64,000 nucleotides of DNA, taken from the NCBI GenBank assembly GCA_040403845.1, contig JBBAJU010000010.1, positions 12,369-76,368 on the forward strand, given 5' to 3'. Below, one piece after another: positions 36,991 through 47,038 of the stretch. The notes below the pieces were generated by a model. It was not told the origin of the DNA. It did no database searches and saw only the letters and a program-made list of their open reading frames with translations. Each line of letters opens with the position of its first letter. Position 1 is the first letter of the stretch. A program made the position numbers and the translations under genes. This stretch comes from Sediminibacterium sp. (GTDB lineage Bacteria > Bacteroidota > Bacteroidia > Chitinophagales > Chitinophagaceae).

Positions 36991-39482
36991 TATGCAGTTT
37001 TGTTTTTTTTGAACCCCGTTACAATAGCACCAAATAAAAGCAACCAGATAATGATGGATGAACCAACAGCAGCTTTAGAGCCAATTGCATAAGATGCTGG
37101 TTCAAACTTGAATTCAATGGTATGTTCACCAGCAGGAATTTCCATTCCTCTTAATACATAGTTGGTTTGCAAGATGGTAGATTCTTTTCCATCAATAAAT
37201 GCTTTCCATCCTGCATCATAAAATACCTCACTAAAAACTGCAAACTGATTGGTACTAGATTTATATTGATAAGTTGCAGCATCATTTTCGTTCTTTAATA
37301 ATTGAATACTTGCTGTACTATCATATTGAATTGCACCAATTCTAGTTTTGTCTTTTTGATCTAATAACGCGGTTTCTGAAGGATTAAAATCGCTAATTGA
37401 TTTCATAATAGCGGCAGGTCCATCCTTAAATTCAACCGATTTAACCAGCCATGCTGCACCCAGTACATTGGGGTTTGGCTGAACGGTTGCTTGTCCTGTT
37501 TGCGGATCGGGCATTATTAGGTATTTGGTATTCAGCATATTCAAGGCAGGCATGCAATTAGGAAACTTATAGAATTGATTTTCTATTAAGTCTTGGTAGA
37601 TGCTCAATTTAGCAGGGTGATATCCACCTATCGATTTATGAAAATAAGCGGTAAGCGCACCAGCATTAAAAGCATTAGAAATTCCTTGAGTTAAATTTAA
37701 TACCCGATAATAGCTGGTATCTTTTAGAATTTCTTGATCTGCAGCTGTAGGCACAAAATTATTTTCATATTCTGTAGCATCTTGATAATTATCGGCACTC
37801 AAATATTTACTATTGATACCAAATACATCAATCATGGCAAAAATGCCTATAACAGCTGTTATGATTATTGGATTAATTTTTTGTTTGATGGCTGCAAACA
37901 CCGCAGCACCAGCTACTGCACAGAATAATAGGGTTCTTAATAAGTCTCCTAAAACCAAACTCTTTCTATCTTCTCTAAGTCCATCAACAAAAGATTTAAC
38001 GGGGGCTTCAATTTGTGCACGTTGAGTAGCGTCAGGTATTTTGCTAATTTGCTCCATCAACATTTTATCTCCAGTACTGCTAAAATCTGCTGTTAAATAA
38101 ACCAGCACAGCAATTCCAAAAGCCGCAGCAACTACCATTAATCCTTTCTTATATTTTTCCCATAATAGGGGTTTATTTTCTGCATTGATGATGGTATTTA
38201 GAGACAAAGCAGCCAACATACATAGTAAGAAAGTAGGCACTACTAATATCATACTAGGTGCTCTAAACTTATCGTATACTGGTAAGTATTTAAGCATTGC
38301 AATATTAAAGCCCTCTAAGTATTTACCCCAACTCAACATCAACGTAAATACGATGGCAGCCCCCATCCAGTAAGTATATTTTTTGTCTACAATCACCAAT
38401 CCAATCAATGCTAAAAAACAAACGATTGCACCTGCATATGGAGGGCCTGAAGTGCCAACACCGTCAATCCCCCCCCAATAAAATTGCATATACCCTTGTA
38501 TTTGTTGGGCCAATTCCTGCGGCATTAGTTGCAATGCGGCAATGGCTTGAGACTTTTCTTGCGCTACTTCTAATTGGCTACTACTTCCTCCATAAAATCG
38601 AGGGAACATCATCACCAATGGCTCAGTCTTATATACACTATAACTTAAAGCATAATCCTTGCTCAAACCCGTCTTAGTTACATTGGTAGTGCTATCTGCT
38701 AAAACACTTCCACCTCTAATGGTTTTTTTAGCATATTCATATGTTGTAAACAAGGTTACTGCGTTTACTAAAATTCCTAATAATGCAGCCATTATAGCCA
38801 AACCTGCAGACTTACCTAAATGCTTCCAATCTTTTGTTTTGATGCAATTAACTGCAAAAGCGATACTTAAAAATAGAATGATTAAAAAACCATAGTAAGT
38901 AATTTGTAAATGGTTTGCACCTAGTAGGAGTGAGGTGAATAATGAAGTTAAAGCTGTGCCAAGCAAATATTTTTTATCATAAATTAAAATAAGTGCACCA
39001 ATCAAAGCTGGTAAATAAGCAATGGCATTCATTTTTGTATCGTGCCCAGCTGCTAGTATAATTGGATTATAAGTGGCATAGGTATACGCCAATGCACTAA
39101 AAATACCGATATATGCATTGATGCTCAATATTTGTGTTAAGAAGTAAAAACACAAACAGGCTAAAAAGAAAACACCTACTGGCTTTGGTAAGCCCAATAA
39201 AATGATATCACCTAAATATCCAACCGAAACTGGGTTTTCACTAATGCCCGTAATTTGATATGCAGGCATTCCACCAAACATCCCATTGGTCCAAAGCGGG
39301 AAATGACCAGTACGTTCTTTTGCTTGAAAAGAATTTTGGGCCATTCCTTTCCATTGGGTTACATCGTGTTGTTGCAATACTTTTCCTTCTAAAGCTGGCT
39401 TACAATAAATAAGGGCAACTAATAAGAAAATTACCACTGCAATTGCATGCGGCATTAAGGCTTTCCAATTGATCCTGTTCAT
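36990..39482 (-). CDS. YfhO-family membrane protein (GT-C-like)
   Basis: LWTNGMFGGMPAY, GGYHPAKL, FSEVFY..GWKA.IDG, NYVLRG...GEHTIEFKFEP; start placed at ATG 39482. Confidence 0.88.
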   Translation of the reverse strand: MNRINWKALMPHAIAVVIFLLVALIYCKPALEGKVLQQHDVTQWKGMAQNSFQAKERTGHFPLWTNGMFGGMPAYQITGISENPVSVGYLGDIILLGLPKPVGVFFLACLCFYFLTQILSINAYIGIFSALAYTYATYNPIILAAGHDTKMNAIAYLPALIGALILIYDKKYLLGTALTSLFTSLLLGANHLQITYYGFLIILFLSIAFAVNCIKTKDWKHLGKSAGLAIMAALLGILVNAVTLFTTYEYAKKTIRGGSVLADSTTNVTKTGLSKDYALSYSVYKTEPLVMMFPRFYGGSSSQLEVAQEKSQAIAALQLMPQELAQQIQGYMQFYWGGIDGVGTSGPPYAGAIVCFLALIGLVIVDKKYTYWMGAAIVFTLMLSWGKYLEGFNIAMLKYLPVYDKFRAPSMILVVPTFLLCMLAALSLNTIINAENKPLLWEKYKKGLMVVAAAFGIAVLVYLTADFSSTGDKMLMEQISKIPDATQRAQIEAPVKSFVDGLREDRKSLVLGDLLRTLLFCAVAGAAVFAAIKQKINPIIITAVIGIFAMIDVFGINSKYLSADNYQDATEYENNFVPTAADQEILKDTSYYRVLNLTQGISNAFNAGALTAYFHKSIGGYHPAKLSIYQDLIENQFYKFPNCMPALNMLNTKYLIMPDPQTGQATVQPNPNVLGAAWLVKSVEFKDGPAAIMKSISDFNPSETALLDQKDKTRIGAIQYDSTASIQLLKNENDAATYQYKSSTNQFAVFSEVFYDAGWKAFIDGKESTILQTNYVLRGMEIPAGEHTIEFKFEPASYAIGSKAAVGSSIIIWLLLFGAIVTGFKKNKTA

Positions 39483-39500
39483 ATAATTTAAAATATGCAG

Positions 39501-39508
39501 CAAACCTA
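39501..39508 (-). promoter_or_regulatory. -7 promoter element for the yfhO operon
   Basis: TAGGTTTG on minus strand; overlaps the ORF-track TTG start, supporting ATG 39482. Confidence 0.55.
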
Positions 39509-39521
39509 ATAACTTTATGCT

Positions 39522-39809
39522 ATGAGACCACTTTTATTTGCCACAAGAATGGCTTTTATCTGTAATATTTTGTTTATTTTATGTTTAGTGATTCAACGTA
39601 CCCACGATTTTATTCCAATTAAAGAAATAAGTTCAATGGTATTGCTTTTAGGGTGGATTGTGGCCCCCATTCAAAATATAGTTGCGAACATATGGTATGG
39701 ATTGGTGTTAGTGAGTAAATCAACGATTAGATTACCTAGATGGATTGTAGCTTTTAATCTGATCTTGTTGATTATTCAAATGTTTGTATACCTAATACTT
39801 CCTTCGTGA
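39522..39809 (+). CDS. Small hypothetical membrane protein (about 3 TM)
   Basis: Hydrophobic 95-aa ORF directly upstream of the VUT gene. Confidence 0.6.
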   Translation: MRPLLFATRMAFICNILFILCLVIQRTHDFIPIKEISSMVLLLGWIVAPIQNIVANIWYGLVLVSKSTIRLPRWIVAFNLILLIIQMFVYLILPS

Positions 39810-39817
39810 TAACTAAA

Positions 39818-40588
39818 ATGCTCAACGATAAACCCACGAAACTTTTTTTGGGTATTACCGCTTTTTTTGTGGCAAACGCCTTGATTGCCGAATGTATTGG
39901 GGGTAAAATATTTTCGTTGGAAAAAATTTTTGGCATTGCACCCTTTGATTTAACAATTTTTGGACAGTCTGGATTGGCTTTCAATCTTACTTGCGGGGTG
40001 TTATTGTGGCCACTAGAGTTTGTAATAACAGATATCGTAAATGAATATTATGGCCCTAAATCGGTAAAGCGAATAAGCTACACTGCCGTTGTATTAATAC
40101 TATATGCCTTTGTCATGTTTTATGCTGCTATGGAAATTCCACCTGCTGATTTTTGGGTGGGTTCTGGAATAGACAAGGGGATACCCAATATGCAAATGGC
40201 TTTTGGGGGCATTTTTGGTCAAGGGATGTGGATTATTGTGGGCAGTTTAACTGCTTTTTTAGTGAGTCAATTGGTAGATGTAACCGTTTTTCATAAAATA
40301 AAAAAAGCAACTGGTGAAAAATGGGTCTGGTTAAGGGCAACTGGTTCTACCATGGTTTCCCAAATGGTGGATAGTTTTGTTGTGCTTTTTATTGCTTTTA
40401 AAATTGGGAACGGATGGAGCTGGCAATTGGTTTTAGCAATAGGGGTTGTAAATTATATGTATAAATTTACAATGGCCATCCTGTTAACTCCTTTAATCTA
40501 TTTTATTGAGCAAAAAATAGAAAACTACCTTGGAAAGGAAACAGCACAGAAAATGAAAAGGGAGGCAATGGGTTTGGCTAACGAATAG
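39818..40588 (+). CDS. yhhQ: Queuosine precursor transporter (VUT/YhhQ family)
   Basis: WPLEFVITDIVNEYYG, GSLTAFLVSQLVDV, WLRATGSTMVSQMVDS; ATG 39818 preferred over GTG 39806. Confidence 0.85.
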   Translation: MLNDKPTKLFLGITAFFVANALIAECIGGKIFSLEKIFGIAPFDLTIFGQSGLAFNLTCGVLLWPLEFVITDIVNEYYGPKSVKRISYTAVVLILYAFVMFYAAMEIPPADFWVGSGIDKGIPNMQMAFGGIFGQGMWIIVGSLTAFLVSQLVDVTVFHKIKKATGEKWVWLRATGSTMVSQMVDSFVVLFIAFKIGNGWSWQLVLAIGVVNYMYKFTMAILLTPLIYFIEQKIENYLGKETAQKMKREAMGLANE

Positions 40589-40593
40589 ATTCA

Positions 40594-40869
40594 TTAGGAA
40601 TGGTCTAATTGATTAACCATATAAACATAATGCCCCCAAGAAGAGAAAAAATTTCTTAAGTCCAAGTCTCTAGGCACCGAATGCATGATGAATGGAATAG
40701 CAACCATAGTGATGCAAATGCTAATGACATTACTAAAAGAGAAAATGTATACTTGGTTGTCTACGAATAATAAAATCTTTTCGCTGTATGCAGCAAAATT
40801 AGCTAGCAATCCAAATAGGATTGGTGCAAACCAAAGTAAGTTTTCTGCGCGTACGACTATTGATGACAT
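40594..40869 (-). CDS. Small hypothetical membrane protein, possibly truncated
   Basis: 91-aa hydrophobic ORF filling the gap between yhhQ and trmH; no family recognised. Confidence 0.4.
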   Translation of the reverse strand: MSSIVVRAENLLWFAPILFGLLANFAAYSEKILLFVDNQVYIFSFSNVISICITMVAIPFIMHSVPRDLDLRNFFSSWGHYVYMVNQLDHS

Positions 40870-40979
40870 AATTGAATGTAAATAATTTAAAAAATTATAT
40901 CAATAATTCTAGACTAAATTGCACATTTAGTTCACAATTGCTATTATTGAATCAAAATACAAAACTGTTTGTGGCTAGT

Positions 40980-41570
40980 ATGACCCCTTCAAGAGCACAT
41001 AAAATTGATCAAGTTTTAAATAAGCGCCAATCAGGACTTACCGTAGTGATAGAGAATGTTCATGATCCTCATAATATTTATGCTGTTATGCGAACTTGTG
41101 ATGCTGTTGGCATACAAGATATTTATGTGCTGAATACCGAATTACCCAAAGCGGGTCATTTTGGAATAAAAAGCAGTAGCAGTGCCAACAAATGGTTAAC
41201 GATTCATCAATTTCATGATGTGAAAGAATGCTTTGCGGCGTTAAGAGAAAGCTATGATTTCATTTACACTACCTATTTAGGGCAAACCAGTAAATCCGTA
41301 TTTGAAATTGATTTTACCCAAAGGGTAGCATTGGTATTTGGGAATGAGCACAATGGGGTTTCAATAGAAGCAAGAAATTTGGCTGATGGCAATTTTATTA
41401 TCCCTCAAGTAGGGATGATTCCTAGTCTAAATATTTCAGTAGCCTGTGCAGTGGCTATTTACGAGGCATTTAGACAACGTAAACAAGCTGGGTTGTATGA
41501 TGAATTAGCCCAACCACACCCCAATAAAGATTCAATAAGGGATTTGTGGGCAAGCTTTTCAGCTATTTAG
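40980..41570 (+). CDS. trmH: SpoU/TrmH RNA 2'-O-methyltransferase
   Basis: MTPSR..KI..VL, ENVHDPHN, FGNEHNG, SLNISVA; start moved to ATG 40980. Confidence 0.85.
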   Translation: MTPSRAHKIDQVLNKRQSGLTVVIENVHDPHNIYAVMRTCDAVGIQDIYVLNTELPKAGHFGIKSSSSANKWLTIHQFHDVKECFAALRESYDFIYTTYLGQTSKSVFEIDFTQRVALVFGNEHNGVSIEARNLADGNFIIPQVGMIPSLNISVACAVAIYEAFRQRKQAGLYDELAQPHPNKDSIRDLWASFSAI

Positions 41571-42509
41571 TTTTTGCTGTTTATTTCTTTCTGCAGCGTG
41601 TTGTGTTAAATAAGTGATACTTACATTTAATTCAAATCCAATCAATAAAATCAGTGAATTGATGTAAGCAAGTACCATCAAAATCATCACTGTCCCAATT
41701 GAACCGTATACTTTGTTGTAACTCCCAAAATTATTGACCCAGTACGAAAACAGTAGGGTGGTACATAAAATTAAAGTAGTTGCTAATAATGAACCCGGTG
41801 AGATCAATTTCCACCTTATTTTAACTGAAGGGGCATATTTATAGATAAATGCAATTCCAAAAAAGAATAAGCCGATTATAACAATCCATCTAATGCTATT
41901 AATCCAATAAAGTGCCGACTTTTTTAATCCTAAAAATTTACCGATAAAAATACTTAGCTGTTCTTGCCCAAGTAAAATAAGTGTGGAAGCAATAAGTAGT
42001 AAAACAATTATTGCGGTAAGTTGAATTGCTTTCCATCTTTGATGAAGAAAAAATCTTTTATGTTCCATAATGGAACGGTCAAATGTAATAATCAGCGACA
42101 TCATTGCATTTGAAGCGTAATAAACAACCAATATAAAACCAAATGAAAAAATCCCAAGACTTCTTTGCATTAAATCGTTCATCAATGTTTTAATAAAACG
42201 ATAGGTACTAGAGTTAGGACTTATATCCTTAAAAAGAGATAGTATTTGCTCCTTAATATTCAAAAATTCTGGGAAATAGGGTAGTATTGAAAATAAGAAC
42301 AATATAGTTGCTGGTAAAGCCATAATCAAATTGAAAGAAATCGCTGCAGCTCGCTCATTTAGCCCTATTTTATTTACTTGATTAATAAAAAATACTCCAA
42401 CATCGTAAAGTGGAATACCTTGAAATCCAGGTATATAAAGGGCTTTACTTTTTTTTATGATAAAAGCAACCGGGGGCCAATTCAAAAAAATTCTTTCCAG
42501 TTTTGTCAT
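41559..42509 (-). CDS. YihY/virulence factor BrkB family membrane protein
   Basis: ERAAAISFN, PGSLLAT, YNKVYGSIGTVMILM. Confidence 0.9.
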   Translation of the reverse strand: MTKLERIFLNWPPVAFIIKKSKALYIPGFQGIPLYDVGVFFINQVNKIGLNERAAAISFNLIMALPATILFLFSILPYFPEFLNIKEQILSLFKDISPNSSTYRFIKTLMNDLMQRSLGIFSFGFILVVYYASNAMMSLIITFDRSIMEHKRFFLHQRWKAIQLTAIIVLLLIASTLILLGQEQLSIFIGKFLGLKKSALYWINSIRWIVIIGLFFFGIAFIYKYAPSVKIRWKLISPGSLLATTLILCTTLLFSYWVNNFGSYNKVYGSIGTVMILMVLAYINSLILLIGFELNVSITYLTQHAAERNKQQKLNS

Positions 42510-42510
42510 G

Positions 42511-43590
42511 CTACCTTTTTTCGGCTGCTTTTTTCAGCATGTATTCGTCTAATTTTTTTTGATATTCCTTTGCTTTGTTATTATGCTCTTCGTAATTATT
42601 GCTAAAATGATGGTAACCACTAAAATCACTCTTAGCCACAAAATAAATATAGTCTGTTTCAGGGGCATCTAAGACAATATCAATTGTTTTAGGCGATGGG
42701 GTACAAATAGGACCTGGAGGCAACCCTTTAACTCTATAGGTATTATAGGGCGAAGGGTTACTTAAGTATTTTTCGTAAATGCGAGTGATTGTAAAATCGT
42801 TCATTGCATATTTAATGGTTGGGCATGCTTGTAAGGGCATTTGCTTTTTCAGTCGATTGATGTAAACACTTGCAATTTTATACTTATCGGATTCATAATT
42901 TGTTTCCTCGTCTACAATAGAAGCTAAAATGTATACTTGTTCGGGAGTCATTTGTAAAGCAGCAGCTTTCTGAAGTCGATTATTGCGGTTCCAAAATTTA
43001 GTTGATTCAGTATTTAGTTTTTCTAAAATTGTTTTTACAGAAGCATCCGAATAATAGCTGTAAGTATTGGGAATGATTTTGGTAAATAAATAACCAGTGT
43101 CTGTATTTAACGCAACCAATGAATCATTGGAGCTTAAAAACTCCATAACTACAGATGAATCTGTCATAAACTGTTTACTAATCAGTTTGGCTAATTCTCC
43201 CCTTGTTCTAACTCTATTAATCACCAGTTTTACTTCAGCTAGTCTGCCATTTTTGAGCATGCGAACAATTTCAATTATACTTTGTCCTTTTTTTATTTCA
43301 TATCTACCAGGCTTCATTTTATCCCAAATATTAAAAGGAGCCCCAGCTATTCCAAGTAAACTATTCATTCTTAATATTCTCGCATCTTCAAATACTTTTA
43401 AAACAGCAGACTTTTGTGTATTGTCTTTTTCTATTGTTACCATTCTGCTTTTTTCGTCAAATGCAGTTGCTGGAAGTGCAAATAGAATATAGCCAATAAA
43501 AGTGATTAATAATAAAGAAGCCAATAGTATGAGCAATGGTCTTTTAAATTGGCCAGCATGTTTTTTTTTGGATTGTTTTTTTTGCGCCAT
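42511..43590 (-). CDS. mltG: Endolytic transglycosylase MltG
   Basis: LASIVDEET, SVYINRL, SPYNTY...GLPPGPI, YIYFVA. Confidence 0.94.
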   Translation of the reverse strand: MAQKKQSKKKHAGQFKRPLLILLASLLLITFIGYILFALPATAFDEKSRMVTIEKDNTQKSAVLKVFEDARILRMNSLLGIAGAPFNIWDKMKPGRYEIKKGQSIIEIVRMLKNGRLAEVKLVINRVRTRGELAKLISKQFMTDSSVVMEFLSSNDSLVALNTDTGYLFTKIIPNTYSYYSDASVKTILEKLNTESTKFWNRNNRLQKAAALQMTPEQVYILASIVDEETNYESDKYKIASVYINRLKKQMPLQACPTIKYAMNDFTITRIYEKYLSNPSPYNTYRVKGLPPGPICTPSPKTIDIVLDAPETDYIYFVAKSDFSGYHHFSNNYEEHNNKAKEYQKKLDEYMLKKAAEKR

Positions 43591-43604
43591 TTCGTAAAGT
43601 AAAT

Positions 43605-43637
43605 AAAAAACCCTGTCATTTTTGAAAAGACAGGGTT
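43605..43637 (-). terminator. Terminator downstream of secG
   Basis: Minus strand AACCCTGTC...GACAGGGTT plus TTTT. Confidence 0.7.
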
Positions 43638-43657
43638 CAAAATCGATGGAAATTTAT

Positions 43658-44017
43658 TTATTTCTTTGAAGAGTCAGTTTTTGCAGGAACAGTTGCAGCA
43701 GGTGCTTGTTGAGTACCAGTTGCAGCAGGAGCAGGAGTTGTAGTAGTGGTATTGATTTTTTGTAATATTTCAGTATCAACATCAGTAGATCCACCTTTTA
43801 AGAATAAAGTAGAAAACAATGCCAATAAAGCAATAATAGCAGCAAAAATCCATGTACCTTTTTCTAATACATCGGTAGTTTGTTTAACGCCCATCAGTTG
43901 GTTACTGATTCCACCCACGTTTCCGGCTAAGCCACCGCCTTTGGGATTTTGAATTAGAACCATAAAGGCTAAACCTACAGCAGCAATCACAATCAGAACC
44001 AAAAACAGATAAATCAT
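43658..44017 (-). CDS. secG: Preprotein translocase subunit SecG
   Basis: VLIQNPKGGGL...LEKGTW. Confidence 0.93.
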   Translation of the reverse strand: MIYLFLVLIVIAAVGLAFMVLIQNPKGGGLAGNVGGISNQLMGVKQTTDVLEKGTWIFAAIIALLALFSTLFLKGGSTDVDTEILQKINTTTTTPAPAATGTQQAPAATVPAKTDSSKK

Positions 44018-44018
44018 T

Positions 44019-45212
44019 TTAAATACCTTTTAAATGTTGAATTTTGTCTGCAAAATAAGCGGTTTTTTCAGGATTAGAGAAACTTAATTTGATATAAAGC
44101 TGAATCGCTTTATCAATTTGCCCTTGTTTGGCTAAAACTTCCGCCATTGTTTCAGTCAAAATCTCTTTTGATTTATTTGAAATATGCGCTGTTTCAGCTA
44201 CTTTTTTCTCTTGTTCAGGGCTGGTCCCTAGGTCAATAGGGTTTGGATTATGGTTTTTCATATCCTTTAGCCAGTCGGTAAATCTTAGCAATTTGGTGGT
44301 TAACTTGTCTTGCGGAATTTTACTTAAGTCAATTCGAATGCCCTGTGAAGCAAAATAATCAATCGTATGTAACTTATTTTCAATTGATTCAATCGTTAAT
44401 TCTGATTCTTTTTCAATTGGTTTTTTGAATTCTGCCAACTGATTTGATAAAATGCTTGCAATTTTTGCATCGCTTTTATCTTGATCTGGATGTGTATTTC
44501 CACTTACTGAATCTTCTTCGTTGAACTCCTGATTGGTAGGCATTGGGGTAACTGGCGATAAGGGAATATGGTTGTTTGTTATTTCAACTTTGGATAATTC
44601 AATGTCTGCAATAGTAGAATCGGCATTATTAAGCGGACTAAAAACCGGATCGAAAGGTTCTGAAGATTGAATATCTGGCAAGGTATAATCTACAGGTTCA
44701 GAGGGATTATTCTCTCTGATTACAGGAATTATGGTTCCAGAAGCATCAATGGAATTGATTCCTTTCATTAATTCTCTTACAGATTCAATGGTAGGAACTG
44801 AAATATCTGGATTTGGAAGTTCTGGTGCTTTGTAAGCTGATTCGGCAGTTTCTGGCGTTTCCTCAATTTTGGGAAGATTAATCATTTCATCCAACTCAAT
44901 ATCTTTTTGGCGAATAGACCTCAACAAAGCTGTATCTAATTCTTGTTTAGGAGCGTGGTCTATGCCTGGATCTTTTAAAGATTCTAGTTGAAATTGAAGC
45001 CAATATGGATTAGTAAAGTACAGTGCCGTTTTCACAGACTGTGATCCTGCCAATGGATGATCATCTTTTTTTAGTTTAGCAGCAAATAAATATTGGCCAG
45101 GAGAAAAAAATGGATAGTCCTTCACCAATTTTTCAATCTCTTCCATTTTCATAGAAGAAAGGTCTGCGTTTCCATTTAAATGAATTAATGCTTTTTCCTG
45201 CGTAAACTTCAT
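44019..45212 (-). CDS. Conserved hypothetical protein with TPR-like termini
   Basis: C-terminal TETMAEVLAKQGQIDKAIQLY...NPEKTAYFA; acidic Pro-rich middle; between lptE and secG. Confidence 0.75.
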   Translation of the reverse strand: MKFTQEKALIHLNGNADLSSMKMEEIEKLVKDYPFFSPGQYLFAAKLKKDDHPLAGSQSVKTALYFTNPYWLQFQLESLKDPGIDHAPKQELDTALLRSIRQKDIELDEMINLPKIEETPETAESAYKAPELPNPDISVPTIESVRELMKGINSIDASGTIIPVIRENNPSEPVDYTLPDIQSSEPFDPVFSPLNNADSTIADIELSKVEITNNHIPLSPVTPMPTNQEFNEEDSVSGNTHPDQDKSDAKIASILSNQLAEFKKPIEKESELTIESIENKLHTIDYFASQGIRIDLSKIPQDKLTTKLLRFTDWLKDMKNHNPNPIDLGTSPEQEKKVAETAHISNKSKEILTETMAEVLAKQGQIDKAIQLYIKLSFSNPEKTAYFADKIQHLKGI

Positions 45213-45233
45213 AAAAATAAATATACAACTCTA

Positions 45234-45758
45234 TTACCAGTTATTAAAAATACGATTGAAGATTTCATCGGTCAAGTTCCGAACAACTTCTTCAAGTAAT
45301 TGACCTTCTGCTTGCTGTAGGGTTAGATTTGCCGAGAAATCAAAGCTTCTAGAAACATCAAATTCATCTACTTTATTTTCTAAGGTTTTTCTTAATACAA
45401 TATGAACAGTAACAGTCAGACGGTTGGTACTTGCTTGCTGTGCAGATACACCAACAGTTTGACTTGGGTCGTAATTGGTAATTGAACCGTTAATTACATA
45501 ATCTGCATCGTCGTTATTGGTTCTAGTTAATTTAGTTTGGTTGGTGATTTTCAACTGAAGCTTATCCGTTAATTTAGGACTTAGCTGCGGATTTATATAC
45601 CTTGCTTTATTTTCTATGAAACCGATTTTTACTGTTTTTACATTGGCAGGAATAACGGCATCATTGAATTTATAAACAAAACATCCTGTTAAAAAAAAGT
45701 TGATGGCTAGAAAAAAAAACAGCATCTTCCAACCATTCTTATTATTCGTCAATATCAT
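45234..45758 (-). CDS. lptE: LptE-like lipoprotein
   Basis: Lipobox LTGC; NRLTVTVH, EIFNRIFNNW, typical of Bacteroidota LptE. Confidence 0.78.
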   Translation of the reverse strand: MILTNNKNGWKMLFFFLAINFFLTGCFVYKFNDAVIPANVKTVKIGFIENKARYINPQLSPKLTDKLQLKITNQTKLTRTNNDDADYVINGSITNYDPSQTVGVSAQQASTNRLTVTVHIVLRKTLENKVDEFDVSRSFDFSANLTLQQAEGQLLEEVVRNLTDEIFNRIFNNW

Positions 45759-47028
45759 ATTCTTTTAATTTTCGGTATAAAGTTCTTTCACTAATGCCCA
45801 AATCAAGCGAAGCATCTTTTCTTTTGCCTCTATGTTTTTTTAGTGCTTTAATAATGAGTTCTTTTTCCTTGTCCATTATATTTAATGATTCCTCTACTTC
45901 TTCGTGCAATTGAATGTCTTCGTTATGAAGAATTACTGGTACTGAACCAGTATTGTTTTGTACTGGCAATAAATTACTATGCCCTGTGTTTGTATTATTA
46001 TTGCTATTTGTATTTAAAATAGGATTTTCATTGATTGTGCCTGCATAATCATTCAAAATAGATTCTTTGGTAAAACTCGCAGCAGATCCAGCTAAAGATG
46101 GATTTTGTAAAATTTCAACAAACATTTTCTTTAATTCTGTAACATCTTTTTTCATGTCAAAAAAAAGCTTGTATAAAATTTCCCTTTCATTTGCAAACTC
46201 TCCGGTTGTATTACCTGCACCGGCTAACATGGGCATGCGGTTTTCTTTTTTTTCAGGAAGAAAAATGCGCATTTCTTTCCCCGACACCAAATTAGTGGGG
46301 CTTAGTACAGAAATCTGTTCAGCAATATTTTTTAACTCTCTAATATTTCCTGGCCATGGGTACTGAATTAACAACTGTTTAGCTTCGTCATCTAGTTGAA
46401 CAGGACTTGTTTTGTAGCGCTCAGCAAAATCAACTACAAATTTTCTGAATAATAATAAAATATCTTCTTTTCGGTCTCTTAAAGATGATACCCTGATAGG
46501 AACTGTACTCAATCGATAATATAAATCTTCTCTAAATTTCCCTTTTTGCGTAAACTCTAGTAATTCTCTATTTGTTGCAGCTATAACCCTTACATCTGTT
46601 TTTTGCACTTTAGAACTACCTACACGAATAAATTCACCCGTTTCTAATACCCGTAATAAACGGGCTTGAGTACCTATTGGCATTTCTCCTATTTCATCCA
46701 TAAAAAGGGTACCACCATTCACTGTTTCGAAATATCCCTTTCTACTATCCACTGCACCCGTAAATGCCCCTTTTTCGTGTCCGAATAATTCAGAGTCGAT
46801 CGTTCCTTCAGGAATTGCTCCACAGTTTACAGCTATAAATGGGTTGTGTTTTCTAGATGATAATGCATGGATGATTTGAGAAAACACTTCCTTACCTACA
46901 CCGCTTTCACCAACAATTAAAACGGTTAAATCTGTTGCAGCAACTTGAACTGCAGTATTAAGTGCGTGGTTTAAAGCAGGTGAATTCCCAATAATACCAA
47001 AGCGATTTTTTATACTTTGTAAATCCAT
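45742..47028 (-). CDS. Sigma-54-interacting AAA+ regulator with Fis HTH and no receiver domain
   Basis: GESGVGKE, GHEKGAFTGA, FMDEIGE, WPGNIREL, LGISERTLYRK. Confidence 0.92.
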   Translation of the reverse strand: MDLQSIKNRFGIIGNSPALNHALNTAVQVAATDLTVLIVGESGVGKEVFSQIIHALSSRKHNPFIAVNCGAIPEGTIDSELFGHEKGAFTGAVDSRKGYFETVNGGTLFMDEIGEMPIGTQARLLRVLETGEFIRVGSSKVQKTDVRVIAATNRELLEFTQKGKFREDLYYRLSTVPIRVSSLRDRKEDILLLFRKFVVDFAERYKTSPVQLDDEAKQLLIQYPWPGNIRELKNIAEQISVLSPTNLVSGKEMRIFLPEKKENRMPMLAGAGNTTGEFANEREILYKLFFDMKKDVTELKKMFVEILQNPSLAGSAASFTKESILNDYAGTINENPILNTNSNNNTNTGHSNLLPVQNNTGSVPVILHNEDIQLHEEVEESLNIMDKEKELIIKALKKHRGKRKDASLDLGISERTLYRKLKEYDIDE

Positions 47029-47038
47029 GAAAATTAAT

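Noticed and set aside
43555-45720. A/T homopolymers of 8-9 nt or more in the 5' ends of mltG and lptE as phase-variation tracts
   Set aside because: Explained by Lys or Phe codon runs in an AT-rich genome; both frames are intact in housekeeping genes
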